Assembly: GCA_040377305.1 (NCBI GenBank)
Contig: JBEIPA010000014.1
Location: 77,780 to 141,779 of the forward strand
Source: Flavobacteriales bacterium
Lineage (GTDB): Bacteria; Bacteroidota; Bacteroidia; Palsa-965
Direction of reading: 5' to 3'
DNA length: 64,000 nt
Shown here: piece after piece, positions 10,107 to 15,766 of the stretch
Numbering within the stretch: the stretch's first letter is position 1
Layout of the letters: each line of letters opens with the position of its first letter
Position numbers and translations under genes: made by a program
The notes under the pieces: model-generated
Seen by the model: the letters and a program-made list of their open reading frames with translations, nothing else
Told to the model about the DNA's origin: nothing
Database searches by the model: none

Positions 10107-10735
10107 TTTACTAATTGTATTTCTTGTGTAACATAAATTCGAGGTTGTTCAACTTTATTTGTTGACTCGAATTTCATAGCGATGATTTCTTCGCAAGCGC
10201 GAGTAATGTGCACAACCATTTCATCGACATTAATATTTAATATCCCGTCTGCACGAAGAATTGTACCTCCACCTTGCGCATGTGAAAACCTGAGTTTGCC
10301 CTTTGGGGCAAAACAGTGAACTAAGCCGCATCGCATTTCATCATATAGATCAAATGTTCCATTGGATTCTGCTTTTAAATACGCTCGATAATCCTTAAGA
10401 GATGCGAGATTCCGAATGGAGCGCTCAAAGTCCTCACGAACAGTGCCCGATTTATCCCAAACTGTTGGGGAATTTTCATTTATACACTTTCCGAAGAATT
10501 CAATTGCCGAACTCATGCAAATTGCCCCGAGCCATGGCGATACTTTAACCACAGCTTGCATTTCGTCAATAAGTACAGTCCGCATAAATTGCTTAGTTGG
10601 AATGGGCATCTGCACAACAAAATGTGATTTATCATCAGTAAAGCCAAAGACAACATTTTTCATTTGTTCATCCGTGAAAAGGTGCTTTCGTTGAAACTCT
10701 TGAAGGATCGATTGAACTGATATTTCTTTCATCAT
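10103..10735 (-). CDS. HEPN-like protein (R-X4-H motif), stop overlaps rtcB start
   Basis: DLYDEMRCGLVH; ATGA overlap with rtcB. Confidence 0.6.
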   Translation of the reverse strand: MMKEISVQSILQEFQRKHLFTDEQMKNVVFGFTDDKSHFVVQMPIPTKQFMRTVLIDEMQAVVKVSPWLGAICMSSAIEFFGKCINENSPTVWDKSGTVREDFERSIRNLASLKDYRAYLKAESNGTFDLYDEMRCGLVHCFAPKGKLRFSHAQGGGTILRADGILNINVDEMVVHITRACEEIIAMKFESTNKVEQPRIYVTQEIQLVK

Positions 10736-10773
10736 GATTATTCTATACTAATCAATTTACAAAATTTGTTTTG

Positions 10774-10844
10774 ACGACCGACAGGGATTCGAACCCCGAT
10801 CCTCAGATTCGTATTCTGAGATTCTTCCGTTGAACTATCGATCG
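10774..10844 (-). tRNA. tRNA-Arg(ACG)
   Basis: Cloverleaf; TCAGA-ATACGAA-TCTGA anticodon arm; GGTTCGAATCC. Confidence 0.85.
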
Positions 10845-10876
10845 AAATACAGTGTCGGGATACGATCCCGACACCT

Positions 10877-11010
10877 CACAGGCAAAAAGCGAAAAGAGAC
10901 TGTTTGCATTGCTCTACCACTGAGCTACACACAACTTTCGCTATGTGGCCGGATTCGAACCGGCGTCCCATGGATTGGAAGTCGAAGTAACTCTTTTCTA
11001 CGGCACTGTT
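10877..11010 (-). ncRNA. Y-RNA-like RNA A (YrlA-like, circularly permuted tRNA cargo)
   Basis: Scaffold TGCCGTA-GAAAAGAG-TTACTTC...CTCTTTTC-GCTTTTTGC; T-arm precedes GAAA-capped acceptor stem, then D-arm. Confidence 0.85.
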
Positions 11011-11015
11011 CATTG

Positions 11016-11089
11016 GGTGTTAGATCGGTTTCGATCCGATTACCTCTTGCTTCACAAGCAAGCGCTCTCCCGAGTGAGCTACAAACACC
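11016..11089 (-). tRNA. tRNA-His(GTG) with G-1
   Basis: CTTGC-TTGTGAA-GCAAG; G-1:C73; atypical T-loop ATCGAAA. Confidence 0.85.
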
Positions 11090-11094
11090 GTGTT

Positions 11095-11178
11095 CAGTAG
11101 GCAGTTTGGCAGTAGTGCAGTTGGCAGTCAAAATATAATTCTCTGACTGCCTACTGCCCAACTGCTTACTGCCTACTG
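11095..11178. repeat. REP/REPIN-like GCAGTAG-unit inverted repeat
   Basis: Tandem cagtaggcagt units facing actgcctactg units; other copies 12557-12642, 18606-18676, 18865-18946, 19126-19201, 55773-55852. Confidence 0.85.
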
Positions 11179-11184
11179 TTCTTG

Positions 11185-11258
11185 TACTCTGTGTGGGATT
11201 CGAACCCACGTGATCTGGTCGAAAACCAGATATACTAGACCAACTATATGAACAGAGC
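11185..11258 (-). tRNA. tRNA-Glu(TTC)
   Basis: TCTGG-TTTTCGA-CCAGA; GTGGGTTCGAATCCCAC. Confidence 0.85.
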
Positions 11259-11343
11259 CTGATTGATTTGCGGATGACGCGCCGGGTTCTCTCCTTTGGA
11301 GAGTTAGAGAGGCGCGGCGCGTAATCCGCAAATCAATCTTCAG

Positions 11344-11417
11344 TCGCGACAGCAGGATTCGAACCTACATCTTCTCCAGTCCAAGTGGAGAGGCTTAGCC
11401 AATTAGCCGACCTCGCG
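11344..11417 (-). tRNA. tRNA-Pro(TGG)
   Basis: CTCCA-CTTGGAC-TGGAG; C1-G72, A73. Confidence 0.85.
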
Positions 11418-11505
11418 ATGTTGATTAGCTGATTTTTAATTTCTGATTTCTGATGCTGAAAGGTGTTACCCCAAGAGCTAATCAAAAATCAGCTAATCCT
11501 ATTTA

Positions 11506-11612
11506 TTGTGAGGAAAAAATCACAGAAAAGACGAAAGCGCCATCTTTCGATGTCAGGATTCGAACCTGTTTCTTCCTGCCACGAAGTATCTCTTCTGTTA
11601 CGTCACTCACAA
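11506..11612 (-). ncRNA. Y-RNA-like RNA B (T-arm plus mini acceptor hairpin cargo)
   Basis: TTGTGAG/CTCACAA terminal stem; TGACGTA-ACAGAAGAG-ATACTTCG; CAGGTTCGAATCCTG; CATC-GAAA-GATG. Confidence 0.8.
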
Positions 11613-11639
11613 ACTCAAAGAACAAATTCAATTTCAAAA

Positions 11640-11734
11640 TAAGCGGGCAAAAGTCAATCAGAGTCTGCCGGGATTTGAACCCGCGTCTTTCGACTTTCTA
11701 CCAAAGAAGTATCTCTGATTTACGGCACCGTTTA
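11640..11734 (-). ncRNA. Y-RNA-like RNA C (T-arm, tmRNA 3'-end-like cargo)
   Basis: TAAACGG/CCGCTTA stem; TGCCGTA-AATCAGAG-ATACTTC...CTCTGATT-GACTTTTGC; GACGCGGGTTCAAATCCCG. Confidence 0.8.
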
Positions 11735-11744
11735 CTTTTAACTA

Positions 11745-12272
11745 TTATCTCGTCGGGATCTTCAATCCCATTTTCTTCATCGCAAGCAATGCTTCTGCAT
11801 TTCCGATTGCGTCGTTGACCGGGTTGTGATCATGACGCGTTTTGCGAAACAATCGCTTCCACTCGCTGTTCAGTCCTCCATCCATTTTCATTCCACAATA
11901 CAGATCACCGATTCGTCTGCCTGAAAATCCAAACGGATTTTTTCCCAGGTAGAAATGGAAGTAATAATTAATCCACTGCCAATCGAACGCGAGGTTATCG
12001 CTGATGAATATTGCTTTGCCGTCGGATGTTGCGTTCAACCATTCGGAGAAACGTTTCATCACTTCGGCGGGCTCCTCGAACGACTCGTGTTGCCCGCGTG
12101 TGAAACCACTTACTGCAAGTGCATCCGGAATCCATTCTTTGGAAATTGGTTGCGTCTTTCCGTAGAATGTTTTCGCGAGTGTGGGTTCTATCACCACTGC
12201 ACCGAAGCAAACCATCGAATATTTATTTGGGATGGGCCCATCGGCCTCTACATCCACTACTATGTAACTCAT
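11745..12272 (-). CDS. DEDD 3'-5' exoribonuclease (RNase AS/Rv2179c-like)
   Basis: VDVEADGP, DNLAFDW, HNPVNDA motifs. Confidence 0.85.
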   Translation of the reverse strand: MSYIVVDVEADGPIPNKYSMVCFGAVVIEPTLAKTFYGKTQPISKEWIPDALAVSGFTRGQHESFEEPAEVMKRFSEWLNATSDGKAIFISDNLAFDWQWINYYFHFYLGKNPFGFSGRRIGDLYCGMKMDGGLNSEWKRLFRKTRHDHNPVNDAIGNAEALLAMKKMGLKIPTR

Positions 12273-12304
12273 TTTGTTTTTGTTTTTAATCAATTTAATA
12301 ATTT

Positions 12305-12377
12305 AAGCTGGCAACAAACTCGCAGAGGTTTTGGTCTAATTAACAGTTAGAAGTAACTCTGCAATACGGCACAGCTT
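12305..12377 (-). ncRNA. Y-RNA-like RNA D (isolated Asn anticodon stem-loop cargo)
   Basis: AAGCTG/CAGCTT stem; TGCCGTA-TTGCAGAG-TTACTTC...CTCTGCGA-GTTTGTTGC; TCTAA-CTGTTAA-TTAGA. Confidence 0.8.
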
Positions 12378-12435
12378 GCCGATGTGCCGATTTCCAATAT
12401 GCCAATATGCCGATTGGAAATACCTCAATAAAATT

Positions 12436-12553
12436 CGGAAGCAAAAAACGATTCGGGTGGGGCGTCGCAATGAGGATTTGCACCTCTTCCTGGTTTTTAC
12501 ATCAGGACCCTTGCCCCCTGTCGAGCGAAGTATCCCGGCTCTACGGCATTCCG
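12436..12553 (-). ncRNA. Y-RNA-like RNA E (D-armless tRNA-like cargo)
   Basis: CGGAA/TTCCG stem; TGCCGTA-GAGCCGGG-ATACTTCG...CCCGAATC-GTTTTTTGC; GGGGC/GCCCC stem with two hairpins. Confidence 0.75.
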
Positions 12554-12556
12554 TTT

Positions 12557-12642
12557 CAGTAGGCCGTTTGGCAGGCGTTCAGTAGGCAGTCAAAATTTAT
12601 TCCTAATGACTGCCGACTGCACTACCGCACTACTGCCTACTG
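12557..12642. repeat. REP/REPIN-like GCAGTAG-unit inverted repeat
   Basis: Same unit family as 11095-11178. Confidence 0.8.
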
Positions 12643-12647
12643 ATTAA

Positions 12648-12867
12648 ACAACGGTAACTGGCAACAAGTCTGCTTTCTGCTTTCACAGAATACGGCCGTC
12701 CTATTTCTGTATTGCTACAGACAGTTGACTGGTAATCATCATCCGCATGGTGTCAGGATCTGAAATCCTGATACTGCGCACTCAGATTAACGTTCGCGAA
12801 CCACAGTTACCCGTGCATCACTACCTTAGGACCGTTATCGAAGTATGACCCGTTTACGACACGTTGT
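12648..12867 (-). ncRNA. Y-RNA-like RNA F (about 220 nt, 23S rRNA H69-like cargo)
   Basis: ACAACG/CGTTGT stem; TGTCGTA-AACGGGTC-ATACTTCG...GACTTGTT-GCCAGTTAC; contains ATAACGGTCCTAAGGTAG. Confidence 0.75.
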
Positions 12868-12987
12868 GTGATGTCAGGATCCTATCCTGACAGTGCACAT
12901 AATTTTTTCAAAGAACGTTTGTACTAACCAAGCCGTCGGGCGACCTCTCCTTCAGTGCAATTTCCGAAGGAGAGGCGTAGCCGTAAA

Positions 12988-14502
12988 CTACAACTCGAGT
13001 TGTTTTATCATCGCGATTGCATCTGTACCGTTTTCTGCAGCATACAATACGTCGAACACTTTATCTGACCAGCCCGCGATGAGTGTTACATCGTCGCGCT
13101 GCACACTGATTGGTGTGTTACCGTAACCTGCGAGGTCGAACAAGTACAGTTTCGCCATTGGCGCAATCTGTTTGTATTCTTTCCACGCCGTCTGCAACGA
13201 ATCACCGTCAGCTTTGGTATTCCACATCTGGCAGTCAGTGAACATCATCACTTTGTCCATCACAACATTGCGCTGAACAAGATCTTTGATCACCAGGTAA
13301 CCATTTGTGGCGTAACCAACTTCACCTTCCCGCTTGTAGTACTCATCAACATTCGCAAGTACTCCACGGTTAGGCATGTTGATTACCTTCCAGCGATCTC
13401 CGAACATTCCGGAAACCACTCGTTCACACTTGCTCTGCATCAGCATACCCAGTACCAGACCGATATCGAACAAATACACTTTGCTCTTCGCCGAGATTGG
13501 TTTCTGCATTGAACCCGAAACGTCACACGCAATCAACACACGTGTTTTGTAATCGAATCCGCTGATGTTTTTCGCTGAAGCTACAATTGCATCTTCCAGC
13601 GCGTTAAGTATCATCGACACGTAATCAGCTTTCAGCACTTTCACTTCACGGTATGCAGACAGGAAACGGAATGGCAACTGCTTCGATTTCGCAACCTGGT
13701 TTGCATCAGAAAGCGTATCACACACTTTTTTGATTGCATCCCATGATACACCCGCTTCAATCATGTTACGGATGTTACGCAACATCGCCATGTATCCCAG
13801 CTTACCGCTGAAGATCAGTTCTTCCCATTTCGCACGAACCGCAAGCTCTTTTGCTTTTGCATCAGCGAATTTTTGCTGACCCAAAGCAGAAAGTTCAGTT
13901 TCCCAGGTATAAGCAACAGACAGCTCTTTCGCAGCGATCTTGTTGAAGACTGCTTGCTGTTCATCACTTTTCGCTTTCGGGTGAACAAGGAACAATGCAT
14001 CACGCAACGTTACTGCCGCTTCACGGTTGTATTTCGAGAACTGGTATTCATCAAAACGATTGAACGCCTTTGCGAGTCCTTTCTGTACCTGTTTCGAAAG
14101 CTTGTTCAGTTTCTTAGTTCCCGAACGGTTGTTCGCCAGTTGGTAGTAAGCCAGAAGCTCAGTGATCTCATCAGCACGCTGAACGACACCGTTCACCGCT
14201 TTGGATACAACTATATTTCCGGAGTTACGTTTTGCAAGTTCGACTGCAAGCACCTGTGGAATAGAACGCATGTACATTTTGTTACGTGCATACACCGCAA
14301 GCTTCGCCACGAATTCAGCATCTGTCTTCTCCATGAGATCCACGATACGTTGAAGACGCTCGTTTCCTTTCTCATAGAACGAATCGCTCAGTCCTGCGGT
14401 TACTACCGCTGAATACAGTTCGAGCTCAGGAGTCATTGCGAATGCTTTTGCGCCTTCGTAATTAGTGACTGCTGTTTTACGTTTGAAGATGTTGAATTTC
14501 AT
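12988..14502 (-). CDS. Ro60/Rsr TROVE-domain RNA-binding protein with vWA domain
   Basis: NYEGAKAF N-terminus, LRDALFLVHPK, AMLRNI, LPFRFLSAY, DVSGSM (MIDAS), FTD. Confidence 0.93.
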   Translation of the reverse strand: MKFNIFKRKTAVTNYEGAKAFAMTPELELYSAVVTAGLSDSFYEKGNERLQRIVDLMEKTDAEFVAKLAVYARNKMYMRSIPQVLAVELAKRNSGNIVVSKAVNGVVQRADEITELLAYYQLANNRSGTKKLNKLSKQVQKGLAKAFNRFDEYQFSKYNREAAVTLRDALFLVHPKAKSDEQQAVFNKIAAKELSVAYTWETELSALGQQKFADAKAKELAVRAKWEELIFSGKLGYMAMLRNIRNMIEAGVSWDAIKKVCDTLSDANQVAKSKQLPFRFLSAYREVKVLKADYVSMILNALEDAIVASAKNISGFDYKTRVLIACDVSGSMQKPISAKSKVYLFDIGLVLGMLMQSKCERVVSGMFGDRWKVINMPNRGVLANVDEYYKREGEVGYATNGYLVIKDLVQRNVVMDKVMMFTDCQMWNTKADGDSLQTAWKEYKQIAPMAKLYLFDLAGYGNTPISVQRDDVTLIAGWSDKVFDVLYAAENGTDAIAMIKQLEL

Positions 14503-14547
14503 GACTGTTTGTTTTAATTGTTATTGACGCTGCAAATGTTTTACTCA

Positions 14548-14571
14548 TCTACGCAATGGTCTTGCGCAGTT
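14548..14571. promoter_or_regulatory. Putative WYL-regulator operator upstream of Ro60 gene
   Basis: TCTACGCAATGGTCTTGCGCAGTT, 20/24 identical to reverse complement of 15709-15732. Confidence 0.75.
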
Positions 14572-14655
14572 CGATTTATTTTAACTTTTTGTTTTAATCG
14601 CCTGATTTTCAGTTGGCATTAATTCGTTTTTTCAATCGCAACATTTATTGCGGCG

Positions 14656-14728
14656 TTGGAAAGGAAGGGCTCGAACCTTCGACCTTGTGCGTATAAGGCA
14701 CGTGCTCTTACCACTGAGCTACTCTCCA
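14656..14728 (-). tRNA. tRNA-Ile(TAT)
   Basis: CGTGC-CTTATAC-GCACA; canonical D and T arms; A73. Confidence 0.85.
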
Positions 14729-14735
14729 AGTCTTG

Positions 14736-14807
14736 CGGCGCGGATTGGACTTGAACCAATATAATCTCCCTTAACAGGGGAGAGCTCTACCATTGAGCTA
14801 CCAGGCC
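14736..14807 (-). tRNA. tRNA-Asn(GTT)
   Basis: CTCCC-CTGTTAA-GGGAG; G73. Confidence 0.88.
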
Positions 14808-14812
14808 ATTTG

Positions 14813-14885
14813 CGGTAACGATGGGATTCGAACCCACAACTTTCCGATAGACAATCGGACGCTCTAGCCGTTGAACTACGCTACC
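14813..14885 (-). tRNA. tRNA-Asp(GTC)
   Basis: TCCGA-TTGTCTA-TCGGA; G73. Confidence 0.88.
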
Positions 14886-14890
14886 ATTTG

Positions 14891-14963
14891 TGGACAAGGA
14901 AGGAATTGAACCTTCATCTTCTGATCTTCAGTCAGCCGCATTCACCGCGTTTGCTACCTGTCC
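14891..14963 (-). tRNA. tRNA-Phe(GAA)
   Basis: CTGA-CTGAAGA-TCAG; A73. Confidence 0.82.
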
Positions 14964-14969
14964 GTTTTG

Positions 14970-15043
14970 TTGACCCACCAGGGCTCGAACCTGGAACCCC
15001 CACTTTAAAAGAGCGGTGCATCTAACCATTGAGCTATGGATCA
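14970..15043 (-). tRNA. tRNA-Lys(TTT)
   Basis: CCGCT-CTTTTAA-AGTGG; A73. Confidence 0.85.
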
Positions 15044-15055
15044 ATATTTCTTCGC

Positions 15056-15111
15056 TTGTCCTCCTTCGGCAAAGCCTGTGCTGAGCGAAGTCGAAGTGCT
15101 CAGTCTGACAA
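15056..15111. repeat. REP-like element (CTGAGCGAAGTCGAAG family); partner arm at 15201-15232
   Basis: ctgagcgaagtcgaag versus cttcgactacgctcag flanking tRNA-Gln. Confidence 0.65.
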
Positions 15112-15115
15112 GTCG

Positions 15116-15186
15116 TTGTCGGAAATGGATTTGAACCACTATAGCCAGATTCAAACTCTGGTGTCCTACCATTAGACGATCCGACA
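15116..15186 (-). tRNA. tRNA-Gln(TTG)
   Basis: CCAGA-GTTTGAA-TCTGG; U1-A72. Confidence 0.85.
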
Positions 15187-15231
15187 TTCAGTGTGTTTTC
15201 TTGTCATTCTTCGACTACGCTCAGTATGACA

Positions 15232-15262
15232 ATAAAAAAACCCGGTCGTGTGCGGACCGGGT
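15232..15262 (-). terminator. Attenuator terminator 2 (directly before tRNA-Gln)
   Basis: ACCCGGTC/GACCGGGT stem followed by T-run. Confidence 0.85.
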
Positions 15263-15285
15263 CTAACAAATCAGTTCAACTGATT

Positions 15286-15375
15286 TCAGTTATGACAACA
15301 TCGGTCCACGAATTTTCCTTTCTGAAAATCTCGTTCGCTAAAATTGGGCAAGGCTATATAACTATGTTTCTTCAT
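15286..15375 (-). CDS. Leader peptide MKKHSYIALPNFSERDFQKGKFVDRCCHN (29 aa)
   Basis: Translated by hand; its GTGGACCG can pair with terminator arm CGGTCCGC. Confidence 0.7.
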   Translation of the reverse strand: MKKHSYIALPNFSERDFQKGKFVDRCCHN

Positions 15376-15473
15376 GGTGTTTCTTTCTCTTCAACTTTTT
15401 TATTGTCAGGCCGAGTAGTCATTGCAGTCTGCGGAGCAACTTGTGCTTGAAGATCGACGTACCGAGGTCGGGC

Positions 15474-15504
15474 AATAAAAAAGCCCCGAATCTCTCCGGG
15501 GCTT
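15474..15504 (-). terminator. Attenuator terminator 1
   Basis: AAGCCCCG/CGGGGCTT stem followed by T-run. Confidence 0.85.
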
Positions 15505-15528
15505 TACTTCAGTTATATCCTAAAGCAA

Positions 15529-15606
15529 TTACACCCCGTGCAACAGACGATCTCCTTCGAGATTTATCTGTTTGCGTGTTTGCGGATATGTAAAATGCTT
15601 TTTCAT
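15529..15606 (-). CDS. Leader peptide MKKHFTYPQTRKQINLEGDRLLHGV (25 aa)
   Basis: Translated by hand; its CGGGGT can pair with terminator arm GCCCCG. Confidence 0.7.
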   Translation of the reverse strand: MKKHFTYPQTRKQINLEGDRLLHGV

Positions 15607-15625
15607 TTTTCTTCTTATTCTGCGA

Positions 15626-15658
15626 CAAATATATTGTAAAGAAATAATGCGATCCAAA
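15626..15658 (-). promoter_or_regulatory. Bacteroidetes sigma-A promoter for leader/tRNA operon
   Basis: TTTG-N21-TATATTTG matches the -33/-7 consensus. Confidence 0.75.
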
Positions 15659-15708
15659 TTATTCTGCAATTATTTTTCATGATTTGCAGTATTTACTTCA
15701 CTTTGTCC

Positions 15709-15732
15709 AACTGCGCAAATACATTGCGCAGA
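15709..15732. promoter_or_regulatory. Putative WYL-regulator operator (autoregulatory)
   Basis: CTGCGCAA-N5-TTGCGCAG perfect inverted repeat just upstream of WYL gene. Confidence 0.75.
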
Positions 15733-15766
15733 TAATTCTATCTTAGATGAGCCAATCACGCACATC

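Noticed and set aside
10877-11010. Permuted tRNA-Gly precursor matured by RtcB
   Set aside because: Acceptor stem lacks Gly identity (G1-C72, C2-G71, U73) and the anticodon stem is mismatched; YrlA-like mimic is simpler
10830-11818. ORF-track ORFs over the RNA array (also 15193-15450, 18541-18845)
   Set aside because: They overlap tRNA, Y-like RNA and REP sequences; shadow ORFs
12821-12838. rRNA gene or rRNA pseudogene
   Set aside because: Only short segments match 23S, in permuted order and inside a Y-like scaffold; no extended rRNA similarity
10877-12867. CRISPR array from the recurring GAAGTA...TACGGCAC motif
   Set aside because: Repeat interiors vary with compensatory pairing, spacing is irregular and no cas genes are present
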